64,000 bases of DNA, taken from the NCBI GenBank assembly GCA_965261595.1, contig CBDHDG010000003.1, positions 160,001 to 224,000 of the forward strand. The letters are read 5' to 3'. Source of the stretch: a bacterium. Lineage in GTDB: Bacteria > UBA8248 > JACPRG01 > G963555815. The number at the start of each line of letters is the position of its first letter. Position 1 is the first letter of the stretch. Under the pieces are notes generated by a model that was not told the DNA's origin, did not search any database, and saw nothing but the letters and a program-made list of their open reading frames with translations. Of this stretch, positions 1-9,133 are shown in pieces. A program made the position numbers and the translations under genes.

Positions 1-291
1 GGAAATGCCCTTGCGGTTTGAATTGATCAGATACATGGCCATGAGCCACTTGCGGAGCGGGATCGGAGATTCGGCCAGGAGCGTGGAGGTCCGAACGCTG
101 AAGAACTTCCCGCATTCGAGACAGTGAAACGGCTGAGGCTTGCCCGACTTCATTCTCGATATCCGGCCAACGCATCCACACTTCGGGCAGTAAATCTCCC
201 CGGGCCAGCGCCGGTTCTCAAAAAACCTCGTGGCCGAAGCATCATCGGGGAATCTCTCGTTGAACTCGTACAGGCTCATGTGACCCTTCAT
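1..291 (-). CDS. IS1595-family (ISXO2-like) transposase, N-terminal part; runs off the window start
   Basis: Not in the ORF track. The minus strand from ATG 291 reads MKGHMSLYEFNERFPDDASATRFFENRRWPGEIYCPKCG...FHCLECGKFFSVRTSTLLAESPIPLRKWLMAMYLINSNRKGIS (zinc ribbon plus RW and KGIS motifs), homologous to the 58884 transposase. RBS AAGGAGG lies upstream. Confidence 0.9.
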   Translation of the reverse strand, partial: MKGHMSLYEFNERFPDDASATRFFENRRWPGEIYCPKCGCVGRISRMKSGKPQPFHCLECGKFFSVRTSTLLAESPIPLRKWLMAMYLINSNRKGIS

Positions 292-312
292 GCCAGCCTC
301 CTTTTACTGTAC

Positions 313-341
313 AATATAGGTTCATGAGCATATTATGTCAA
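313..341 (-). promoter_or_regulatory. Sigma70-type promoter for the IS1595 transposase; -35 box overlaps the TIR
   Basis: TTGACA (341-336), 17-nt spacer, TATATT (318-313), about 20 nt upstream of the ATG. Confidence 0.6.
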
Positions 342-354
342 GTATATAAGCTCC

Positions 355-1254
355 AAAATTTTAGGCGGCGCTCACCTATGGTTCAAGATGGTCCCCGACG
401 TTTTCGGGGAGATCGGAGAGCGCGAGGCAACGGGCCTTTCGGAGATTGGGTTGCACCTGGATCGCTTGTACCCCGCGGATCGGGGTGCTGGAGCCCCTGG
501 AAGGGTGCTCTATTCGCTGGCGAAGGGACGCGGAGAGTTGGGAGAGCTGGATGTCTGGGTGAGAGATTGGGGGTGGGGCCACGCCCCCCCGCTTCACGTG
601 GTGCGGGTGGAGACGGCCGGGGGCAAGCTCGAGTATGCTGGCCGGGTTGCGGAACGGGGTCCCGCCATGTTCGGCTCCGGGTGGCGTCAAGTTCCATATT
701 GTGGTCTTTCCAAGGCGATTCGGGAGAAGATGCCCGGCGAGAAGGGAATACCTGGAAATGTTAGAGATGAACGCGCCGTTTTAAGGTTCCTGAAGGGCGT
801 TCCCTGTCTCCGTTGGGTGGGCCTGTCGGCGATCGAGCAGGAGCTTCGCCGCAACCGGGCCTATCGGGCCCTGGCGAAGGAGAACCTGGGGCGGGATTTC
901 TTCCAGACCGGTAAGGCGGCTTTATTGCGGATCCCCCGCTTGTGGATGGTGGTGAGCTCGGGGGACGGGCCTCAAGCGTACCCGTTTTCCAAACACGCCT
1001 GGGTGTACCGTGCGCTCAAGTACGGGACCTTCGGGATGCTGGTTTTGGGGATATTGGGCTTTGTCCTTTTGCGCGACCGGTGGCGGTCCCATTGGCTGTT
1101 GGCGGTCCCGGTGGTGTATCTGTCGTTGGTCCACATGCCGTTTCACGCCGAGGGGCGTTATACCTTGCAGGGACGGGCCTTTCTTTTGGTGTACGGGGTT
1201 GCGGCGTTGATGATGCTTTGGCGGAGGTTTCGGGGGAGCGGAGAACGTCCTTGA
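355..1254 (+). pseudogene. 3' part of a membrane glycosyltransferase (ArnT/GT39-like), 5'-truncated by the IS1595 element
   Basis: Frame is open back to the IS end (KILGGAHLWFKMVP...). C-terminal hydrophobic helices and the VHMPFHAEGRY motif resemble GT-C enzymes. Confidence 0.5.
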
Positions 1255-1424
1255 TCAACACATAACATCGCATTCCCGGATTTCTATCGGCCGAGTGGGG
1301 ATGCCCGACCGGCTGATGTCGGGAGACGAGAAAGGTTTCCCAGCGTTCATCCAGCCGGAAATATGAATATAAAAAATGGATGATGGCGCCGCGTGGAAGG
1401 CGGCGAACATAAAACCGGGGGTCG

Positions 1425-2867
1425 GAGGGTGTCCCGAATTCAGTTGAAGGTTTGAGGCGGCGGTCCGTGTGTGGTTCACCTTATGCGACCTCCTCTCGGG
1501 TGTCAAAGCGGGGCTCGTCCAGAACGGCCTTCAGGATCCACAGGTCCCGGTAGCCGTCCAGGCGACGGAAGTTCTTCTCGGTGGCGAGGAAGGCGGAAGC
1601 GGCCCACCTTTTCACCATCGCCCCGTCCCGCCAGCGGCCGACGCGCCGGGTGCGCATCCGCACCCCCGAACAGGGACTCTCGATCAGGTTCGTGCTCACC
1701 AGGCAGCGCCGAAGGCCGGGCGGAAGAGCCAAGCGGTTGACGGTGAAGATCTCCTCCAGACCCTCCAAAAGGCTGGCGGCCGCGTCCGGATGCTCGATCT
1801 GAAGCCACCGGGCCTGCTTGCGCAGACGGGCAATCCCCTCCTTCGGCGCCAGCCGCCAGGCCGCCTTCATCGTCGCCTTCACCGGGTCCTTCAACTCCTC
1901 GGGCAGGTGGTCCATCACGTTCTTCACCTTGTGGTTGCGGCACCGCTGCACCGGATTGTCGTCCCCGTACACCCGGTCAATCGCCGCACGAAGCGCCCTC
2001 GAGCCGTCGATGACGAAAAGCCGACGCCGCCCGGGCCGCACGCCGCGCTCCACCAACTCCTCAAGAAGCGCCGTCACGACCGTGGCGTTCTCGGTGGCGC
2101 CCGACCTCAGGCCCAGAACGTGCTTTTGGCCCCGTGTGTCCACCCCAACGGCCACGATGACGTGATGCGCGCCGAAGCGCAGACCGTCCAGGTAGAGGAT
2201 GAGGAGGTCGATGTCGTCAAAACGCCGCTCACAAAGACGCCGCAGCTCCGCCTCGGCCGCCTCGATGCTCTCCCGGCTCACGGCCGACTTCGACACCCTC
2301 ACCGTCTCGGCCAGCTCGGGAAGAACGGCCGCGTAGTTCCGCGTCGAGACCCCTCGCATCAGCAAATCCAGCATCCGCTCCCCCAGCCCGGGGTCGGCCT
2401 GCATGGCCGCATACGCCGGCACCTCCACCTCCCCGCCCCGACCCTGGCCCCGGCGGCGAAGCCGCGGCTTTCTCACCTTCAGCTTGCGCCCCTTCAGGGT
2501 CACCCGGCCCCCCTGGCTGCCGTGCCGGCGGACCTCGCCACCCCGCTTGCCTGGATGCGGCGCGCCCGTCAAGCCCTTGGCCGACAGCAAAAGCACGGCC
2601 TCCAGGCCCGCCCGGCCCATGACGTCCATCAGGTCCTCCACCGCCAGTTGGGACTGCTCCACCAGCGACACCAGAGGAAAAAACGCCTGCCCGTGCTCCG
2701 CCACAAAGGCGGCCAACCTTTGGGTCTTTTTCTTCTCGATGATCTGGCAAGCTTCACTCATGGCGGTTCCTCCTCTTTGAATGTTTGCCAACCCGATTCT
2801 AACCGAGTCGGCAGGAGTGAACCGCCACCTCTTTTTCTCAACCTTCAACTATGAATGGGACAGGCTC
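1425..2867 (-). mobile_element. IS256-family element A, copy 1 (1443 bp)
   Basis: Imperfect TIRs GAGGGTGTCCCGAATTCAGTTGAAGG / GAGCCTGTCCCATTCATAGTTGAAGG and 8-bp TSD GGGGGTCG. Near-identical copy at 57297-58739. Confidence 0.95.
1481..2761 (-). CDS. IS256-family (Mutator-type) transposase
   Basis: GVSTR, LYLDG, FVIDGSRAL, QRCRNHK and STNLIES motifs. Start placed at MSEACQ after RBS GAGGAGG. Confidence 0.93.
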   Translation of the reverse strand: MSEACQIIEKKKTQRLAAFVAEHGQAFFPLVSLVEQSQLAVEDLMDVMGRAGLEAVLLLSAKGLTGAPHPGKRGGEVRRHGSQGGRVTLKGRKLKVRKPRLRRRGQGRGGEVEVPAYAAMQADPGLGERMLDLLMRGVSTRNYAAVLPELAETVRVSKSAVSRESIEAAEAELRRLCERRFDDIDLLILYLDGLRFGAHHVIVAVGVDTRGQKHVLGLRSGATENATVVTALLEELVERGVRPGRRRLFVIDGSRALRAAIDRVYGDDNPVQRCRNHKVKNVMDHLPEELKDPVKATMKAAWRLAPKEGIARLRKQARWLQIEHPDAAASLLEGLEEIFTVNRLALPPGLRRCLVSTNLIESPCSGVRMRTRRVGRWRDGAMVKRWAASAFLATEKNFRRLDGYRDLWILKAVLDEPRFDTREEVA

Positions 2868-2900
2868 GGGGGTCGCGAAAACGACCCCCGGTTTTATGTT
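2868..2900. terminator. Stem-loop (probable terminator) split by IS256 copy 1
   Basis: Removing the IS restores AACATAAAACCGGGGGTCG-CGAAAA-CGACCCCCGGTTTTATGTT (left arm at 1406-1424), a 19-bp perfect stem between convergent genes. Confidence 0.65.
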
Positions 2901-2961
2901 TCAGAGCCCGAGCTCCCCCGGACCGATGCGGCGCGGGGTTCGGGGGAATTCCCGTTGGCGA

Positions 2962-3120
2962 TCAGAAAATCGCGTAGATGAATGGGGCCAGGGCCGAGCC
3001 TTCCGTGAAGATAATCAGGAAGCTCAACAGCACCAACATGATCATGATTGGCGCGAGCCACCATTTCTTGCGGTGTTTGAGAAAATCCCAGAACTCGGAT
3101 AAGATGCTGACGTTGCCCAT
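2962..3120 (-). CDS. DUF5989-family small membrane protein (52 aa)
   Basis: Below the ORF-track cutoff. MGNVSILSEFWDFLKHRKKWWLAPIMIMLVLLSFLIIFTEGSALAPFIYAIF matches the RKKxWL...APFIY pattern of the family. Confidence 0.85.
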   Translation of the reverse strand: MGNVSILSEFWDFLKHRKKWWLAPIMIMLVLLSFLIIFTEGSALAPFIYAIF

Positions 3121-3318
3121 ATCAAAACTCCCATCGAATCAAAGGCTTTCCAGCCTATGGGTCAGCGGACGGCCGGAACCCCGCCCACATGGACATATAT
3201 AGCACAAGCCCCTTTCGGACATCAATGGAATCGTTGATTGAACGGACGCCACTGTGCTAGGTTGATCGGCGGCGCAATACAGGAATCCCCCCTTCCTGGA
3301 CTCACCCATCTCAAGGCC

Positions 3319-3735
3319 ATGATTCAACTGAAGAGCATCTATGCTGAATCCGAGCCTGGGGACGGGACGCGGATTCTCGTCATGCGCGTATGGCCCCGGG
3401 GTGTGAGGAAAGACCGGGTCGATGAATGGCTCCGGGACCTGAGCCCCAGCCGTGAGCTCATGCAGGCGCTCCGGTCTCAGGACCTCCGTCCGGATGATTT
3501 CTTCGAGTGCTACCGACGTGAGATGGCTGGCCGTACCGAGCTTCTCAAGGAAATGGCCGAACGGGCGAAAACGGAAACCCTGACCCTGCTTTGCTGGGAG
3601 AGAATGGACGAGGACTGCCACCGGCATGTTCTGAAGGACCTCATCGAGAATGTTGCTTCCCCCGGCGATCCCCGAGGTCCCGCTCGGCCCAACGCGGGGA
3701 GGCCGGCGAATTTGCGGAAAAAGCGCCCGACGTGA
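3319..3735 (+). CDS. DUF488 (YeaO-like) protein
   Basis: KSIY...DGTRILVMRVWPRGVRK...DEWLRDLSPSREL...CHRHVL motifs. Confidence 0.85.
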   Translation: MIQLKSIYAESEPGDGTRILVMRVWPRGVRKDRVDEWLRDLSPSRELMQALRSQDLRPDDFFECYRREMAGRTELLKEMAERAKTETLTLLCWERMDEDCHRHVLKDLIENVASPGDPRGPARPNAGRPANLRKKRPT

Positions 3736-5891
3736 ACGCCTCCCGCCCCTCTCCCCCCCGCCGGTACAAGCTGGCCCCGACGGCCGGCCCCGCCCGATCT
3801 CGCATCGATTACGCTTCGGAGTTGAACCCCCAACAGTTGGAAGTGGTGATGGCCCCCGGGGGTCCTATGCTCGTCCTCGCCGGGCCGGGAAGCGGAAAGA
3901 CCCGCACCGTCACGTACCGGATGGCGCGGCTGATCGAGTCCGGGGAAGACCCGGCCCGAATCCTTTTGCTCACTTTCACGAACAAGGCGGCGAGCGAGAT
4001 GCTTCGCCGGGCGCAGGCCCTGATCCACGTAGACGTCCGCCGGGTCTGGGGGGGCACGTTTCATCACGCCGGAAACCTCACCCTCCGCCGCCATGCCCGG
4101 TGGGTGGACCGCGGCGAGAACTACTCCATCCTGGACCGTGAGGACGCGGCGGACCTTCTCGACACCTGCGTCGCCGAAGGCGGCATCGATTCGAAGGGGC
4201 GATATTTCCCCAAGGGCGGCGTCCTGCAGGACATTCTGAGTTTCGCGGTCAACACGGAGACCCCCGTGAAGGAGGTCGTTCTAAAGCGCCATGCCACGTT
4301 CGCGGACCGTCTGACCGAGATAAAACGGGTGTACGCCCGGTTCGAGGAGCGGAAGGCGGAGATGAACGTTCTGGATTTCGATGACCTGCTGGTCCTGTGG
4401 CTGAGGCTGCTGGAAGAGCGCCCGGACGTCCGCAAGGGTTTTCAGGAGCAATTTCGCCACGTCCTCGTGGATGAATATCAGGACACCAACCGCCTCCAGA
4501 GCCGGCTCATCGATATCCTGGCGGGCGGGCATGGAAATCTGATGGTTGTCGGGGACGACGCGCAGAGCATTTATTCCTTCCGGGGGGCTGATTTCGCGAA
4601 CTTCCTCGGGTTTCCCGACCGGTATCCGGACGCGCGAACCTTTCGCCTCGAATCCAATTACCGAAGCACCCCCGAGATCCTGCGCCTGGCCAACGAGAGC
4701 ATTTCCGTCAACACCCATCAGTTCAAGAAGCGCCTCCGGGCGGAGCGGCCCTCCAGGGGGGGGCCGCCGGCCGTTGTGCCGGTCCGGAATGTTCTCCAAC
4801 AGGCGGACTTTGTCTGCCAGCGGGTGCTGGAGCTTCGCGACGAGGGGTTTTCATTGAATGAGATCGGCGTCCTCTACCGGGCGCACTTCCATTCCATGGA
4901 AGTCCAGATGGAGTTTACGCGGCGGGGGATCCCCTTCGAGGTCCGCTCGGGCCTGCGCTTCTTCGAGCAGCGTCATGTGAAGGACGCCACGGCTCACCTG
5001 AAGGTGGTTGTGAATCCCCGGGACGAGATTGCCTGGAAGCGGGTGCTTTTGTTGATTCCCGGGGTTGGAAAGGCGACCGCCCACCGATTCTGGTTGGCCG
5101 TTTCCAAGGCCGCCGAGCCGCTGAAGGGTCTCGACCGTCCGGAGTTTCTCGCTCCGTTTCCGAAGCGGACGCGGGATGAATGGCGGGCGTTGGCCGAAAC
5201 CCTCAAGCGGATTCAGGGTCAAGTCATGGAAGCGCGGCCCGCCGAGATGATCCGACAGGTTCTGGACAGGGGATACCGCGCTTACCTGGATCGGAATTTC
5301 CCCAACGCGGCCTCCCGGACGGAGGATATCGAACAGTTGGCGCGGTTCGCCGAGAATTTCGGCGCGGCCGAATCCTTTCTGAGCGAGTTGGCGCTGTTGA
5401 ACACAGTGGGAAGCGAGGAGGGAGACGACGAGGCGACGCCCGGCGAATCGGTGGTTCTCAGCAGCATCCACCAGGCGAAGGGTCTGGAGTGGCGGGTTGT
5501 ATTCATCATCTGGCTGGCGGAGGACCGTTTCCCTTCGGGATTGGCCCTGCGGGAGGATGAGGACGACGAAGAGGAGCGGCGTCTCTTCTACGTCGCGGTG
5601 ACGCGTGCCAAAGAGGAGCTCTACCTCTGCTACCCATTGATGGAGCTGGGCCATCGCCAGGGCGGCGTCCTGACAAGGGCCTCCCGGTTTCTGGGTGAGC
5701 TTCCCGAATCCGTTTATGAGCAATGGGCCGTGGAGGAAACCCTTTTCCACAATCCCGTCGACCCGCCGGGAAAAGCGGGGGGGGGAGGGGGAGGGGCGGC
5801 GGAGAGGGAGGGGGTTCATGATCCCGGCGGCGCGGAAGGTGACGATTGGGTGGATGAGCACTTCGAGCGTTCCGGGCCGCGGGATTTCTAG
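3732..5891 (+). CDS. ATP-dependent DNA helicase, UvrD/PcrA family
   Basis: LNPQQ, AGPGSGKT, LVDEYQD, VGDDAQSIYSFRGA, NYRS, IHQAKGLE and EERRLFYVAVTRAK motifs. The GTG start overlaps the upstream stop. Confidence 0.95.
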   Translation: MNASRPSPPRRYKLAPTAGPARSRIDYASELNPQQLEVVMAPGGPMLVLAGPGSGKTRTVTYRMARLIESGEDPARILLLTFTNKAASEMLRRAQALIHVDVRRVWGGTFHHAGNLTLRRHARWVDRGENYSILDREDAADLLDTCVAEGGIDSKGRYFPKGGVLQDILSFAVNTETPVKEVVLKRHATFADRLTEIKRVYARFEERKAEMNVLDFDDLLVLWLRLLEERPDVRKGFQEQFRHVLVDEYQDTNRLQSRLIDILAGGHGNLMVVGDDAQSIYSFRGADFANFLGFPDRYPDARTFRLESNYRSTPEILRLANESISVNTHQFKKRLRAERPSRGGPPAVVPVRNVLQQADFVCQRVLELRDEGFSLNEIGVLYRAHFHSMEVQMEFTRRGIPFEVRSGLRFFEQRHVKDATAHLKVVVNPRDEIAWKRVLLLIPGVGKATAHRFWLAVSKAAEPLKGLDRPEFLAPFPKRTRDEWRALAETLKRIQGQVMEARPAEMIRQVLDRGYRAYLDRNFPNAASRTEDIEQLARFAENFGAAESFLSELALLNTVGSEEGDDEATPGESVVLSSIHQAKGLEWRVVFIIWLAEDRFPSGLALREDEDDEEERRLFYVAVTRAKEELYLCYPLMELGHRQGGVLTRASRFLGELPESVYEQWAVEETLFHNPVDPPGKAGGGGGGAAEREGVHDPGGAEGDDWVDEHFERSGPRDF

Positions 5892-6076
5892 GCGGGGGAC
5901 GCCGGGTTGACATTCCGCCTTCCGGGCGTAGATTGGGTCGGGCCTCCTTCGAAGATTGGGCGGCGGCGTGTGAAAACAAAGATCTTCAGACGCTTTCGCC
6001 GGGAGGGCTTCCCATATCGGCCGGGTCATTCCAGAGGCCCGGGTTTTCCGGAAATTCCCTGAGATAGGATCGGACA

Positions 6077-7420
6077 TTGCGCGTCATTGTCATCGGAGCG
6101 GGAGAGGCCGGGTTTCACATTGCCCGGCGTCTCGTCCAGGAACACCAGGACGTTGTCCTGATAGACCGCGAGGAATCGGTCATCGAGGCGATTTCCGACA
6201 AGCTTGACGCCTTGACGATCCTGGGCAACGGAGCGAACCCCCGGGTGCTGGCCGAGGCCGGTCTCAAAGAGGCCGAAATGCTTATCGCCGTCAGCAGCGA
6301 CGACTCCGCCAACCTGGGGGCTTGCCACCTCGCCGCCGCCAACGATGTCCCCATGAAGATCGCCCGTGTCGGAGACCCGGCCTACTTCCGGGAGGACCTG
6401 GACATCCGGGGCCGGGACTTCGGGGCGGACCTCCTCATCAACCCCGCCCAGGAAGTTGCCGCCAACATCGAACGCCTGATCGCCGCCCCGGGTGCGACCG
6501 AGGCCGCCGACTTCTTCGACGGCCGGCTGCAAATGGTGGGTCTTCGCGTGGGCGAGGACTCTCCCATCAGCGGCCGATCGCTCAAGTCTTTGGGGGACAC
6601 CATCCGGGATTCGGGGTTTCTCGTTCTGGGCCTCAGCCGGGAGGGGGACGTCTCCGTTCCCCGCGGGAACACGGTGGTCAAGTCGCATGAGGTCTTGTTG
6701 GCCATCGCCCGACAGGAGAGCGTTCCGGCGCTGATGGAGTTTTGCGGGGTCCGGCAGAAGCCGGTCGAGCGGGTGCTCGTGATCGGGGGCGGCCGCGTGG
6801 GATATTCGGTGGCGGAGCGGCTGTCGGCGAGAAACATCAAGGTGAAAGTCGTGGAATCCAGCGAGAAGCGGGCCAAGGTGCTCTCGCAGAACCTTCCCGA
6901 CATCCTCATCCTCCACGGGGACGGCACGGACCTTGACCTTCTGCGTTCCGAAGGGATTCAGGAGATGGACGCCATTGTGACCGCCTCCGACGACGAGGAG
7001 ACCAACCTGTTCTCCGCGCTCTTGGCCAAACGCCACGGGTGCCGGGAGGCGATCGCGCTGGTCAACCGCCCGGATTACATCCCGCTGATCTATTCCCTGG
7101 GGATCGATGCCACCGTTAGCCCCCGCCTGGTGGTCGCCAGTGTGATCCTGCGCCACCTGAAAGGACCGAACACCATCTCCCAGTTCACGAGCGCTTTTAA
7201 CGATGCCGAGGTGGTCGAGCTCGAGGTCGGCGTGAAGGCCAAGGCGGCGGGCCGCCTTCTGGCCAAATTGGATTTGCCCCGAGACGCCATTGTCGCGGGC
7301 GTGGGCCGGGGGGACGACGTCGAGATCCCCCATGGCGGCACCCTCGTTCACGGCGGCGACCGCGTCCTGCTGTTTGCCCTCCCCGATGCTCGGATCGAGG
7401 CCGAACGGCTGTTCCGTTGA
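6077..7420 (+). CDS. trkA: Trk potassium uptake NAD-binding subunit
   Basis: Two RCK domains (IGAGEAG and IGGGRVG), 447 aa, followed by TrkH. Confidence 0.93.
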   Translation: MRVIVIGAGEAGFHIARRLVQEHQDVVLIDREESVIEAISDKLDALTILGNGANPRVLAEAGLKEAEMLIAVSSDDSANLGACHLAAANDVPMKIARVGDPAYFREDLDIRGRDFGADLLINPAQEVAANIERLIAAPGATEAADFFDGRLQMVGLRVGEDSPISGRSLKSLGDTIRDSGFLVLGLSREGDVSVPRGNTVVKSHEVLLAIARQESVPALMEFCGVRQKPVERVLVIGGGRVGYSVAERLSARNIKVKVVESSEKRAKVLSQNLPDILILHGDGTDLDLLRSEGIQEMDAIVTASDDEETNLFSALLAKRHGCREAIALVNRPDYIPLIYSLGIDATVSPRLVVASVILRHLKGPNTISQFTSAFNDAEVVELEVGVKAKAAGRLLAKLDLPRDAIVAGVGRGDDVEIPHGGTLVHGGDRVLLFALPDARIEAERLFR

Positions 7421-7466
7421 CCCTTCCACTGCGATCGAGGCGCCTTCTTCCGGCGCACTCCCGGCC

Positions 7467-8909
7467 ATGAACTTTTCTACCATTTCTCGGACGTTGGGTT
7501 TCATCGCCCTGTTGCTGGGGACATCACTGCTAATCCCGACGGCGATTTCCGCGGTCCTGGGCGGGCCGGACCTGGTGGCGCTGGGCGCTTCGGCCCTGAT
7601 CTCGGCCGCCGTCGGCGGCGGGCTGATATTTCTGGGCGGAAAAGAGGAAATGGGCGTCCGCGACGGGTTCGCCATCGTGACGGCGACGTGGCTGCTCATC
7701 TCCTTATTGGGGGCGTTGCCTTACTGGCTATCGGGGATTCTTTCGTCGTATACGGACGCCTTCTTCGAGGCCATGTCCGGTTTCTCGACGACGGGCGCGA
7801 CGGTCGTGCGGGATATCGAGGCCCTGCCGAAGGGCATCCTCTTTTGGCGAAGTTTTACCCAGTGGCTGGGGGGAATGGGGATCATCGTTCTCACGGCGGC
7901 CTTGCTGCCGCTGTTCGGCGTGGGCGGGCTTCAGCTCCTGAACGCCGAGGCCCCCGGCCCCACGTTCGAGCGCCTGGCCCCCCGGCTTCAGGAGACGGCG
8001 AAACTGTTATGGGGCGTTTACGTCCTCCTGTCGGCGGCGGAGGCCGTCCTGCTCATGGCCGGGGGGATGCCGCCGTTCGAAGCCGTTCTTCACGCCTTCA
8101 CGACGATGGCCACGGGCGGGTTTTCTCCGAAGAACGCCAGCATCGCGGCCTACCCCAGCCCCTATATCCAGTGGGTCATCATCCTTTTCATGGGACTCGC
8201 CGGCACGAGCTTCAGCCTCCATTATTTTGCCCTGCGGAGAAGAAGCGCTTCGAGCTACTGGGAGAACACGGAGTTTCGGTTTTATCTGTCGATGATCGTC
8301 TCGGCGACGGCCGTGACGACGCTTGTGATTTTGTGGCGGGCGCCGGAGGGCGTAGAACGCACCATCCGCGACGCGGCCTTCCAAGTGGTCTCCATCATTA
8401 CCGCTACGGGGTTTGTCACGGCGGATTTCGAGCACTGGCCCATCCTTCTTCAGACCCTGTTGCTGTTTCTCATGTTCTTCGGAGGCTGCTCCGGGTCCAC
8501 GGGGGGCGGGATGAAGCACATGCGGTTGTTCCTTTTGTTCCGGCAATCGGCCGCCCAGATGGTGAAGCTCGTCCATCCCCGGGCCGTGAAGGAGCTTTTC
8601 CTCGGTTCCCAGATCGTGACCGAAGAGGTCATTGCCAGCATCCAGTCCTTCTTCTTCCTGTATCTTACGCTCTGGGTGGTCGGGAGTCTGGCGCTGACCG
8701 CGCTGGGGCTGGACATCGTGACCGGGATCTCGGCGGCGGCGTCCGCGTTGAGCAATGTAGGCCCGGCCCTGGGGGCCGTCGGCCCGACGGACAACTACGC
8801 CGGTCTGCCGGATGCGGCGAAGTGGCTCCTCACGGCCTTGATGCTCATGGGACGCCTGGAGATTTTCCCGGTCCTCGTCCTGCTGAGGCGGGAGACTTGG
8901 CGGCGGTAG
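7467..8909 (+). CDS. trkH: Trk potassium uptake membrane subunit
   Basis: FEAMSGFSTTGAT, QWLGGMGII, TGGFS, GGCSGSTGGGMK, NVGPALG and GRLEIF motifs. Confidence 0.95.
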   Translation: MNFSTISRTLGFIALLLGTSLLIPTAISAVLGGPDLVALGASALISAAVGGGLIFLGGKEEMGVRDGFAIVTATWLLISLLGALPYWLSGILSSYTDAFFEAMSGFSTTGATVVRDIEALPKGILFWRSFTQWLGGMGIIVLTAALLPLFGVGGLQLLNAEAPGPTFERLAPRLQETAKLLWGVYVLLSAAEAVLLMAGGMPPFEAVLHAFTTMATGGFSPKNASIAAYPSPYIQWVIILFMGLAGTSFSLHYFALRRRSASSYWENTEFRFYLSMIVSATAVTTLVILWRAPEGVERTIRDAAFQVVSIITATGFVTADFEHWPILLQTLLLFLMFFGGCSGSTGGGMKHMRLFLLFRQSAAQMVKLVHPRAVKELFLGSQIVTEEVIASIQSFFFLYLTLWVVGSLALTALGLDIVTGISAAASALSNVGPALGAVGPTDNYAGLPDAAKWLLTALMLMGRLEIFPVLVLLRRETWRR

Positions 8910-9133
8910 GGGAGGGGGGGCAGGCCGGGCGGGTTCCCGTCCGACGGCCACCGCCGCGTTGTTACAAATCAGGCCACTGGGTCCGCAACTGAGCCTTCCT
9001 GAATACGAGCTTTCCGGAAGCGCCCGGGAGTGATCCAGTTCCTCCTTTCAAAAGGGAAAACCGGCCTGATAACATCTCCGGATTGAGCGACTTCTCGCCC
9101 CAAGGGCCTTCTCTTGCAAAGGGAGATTTTGAA

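Larger units (their letters stand above)
1..354 (-). mobile_element. Left end of an IS1595-family element
   Basis: Minus-strand terminus GGAGCTTATATACTTGA at 354 resembles the GGGAATTATATACTTGA TIR of the 56920-62307 element. It precedes the transposase ORF. Confidence 0.8.
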
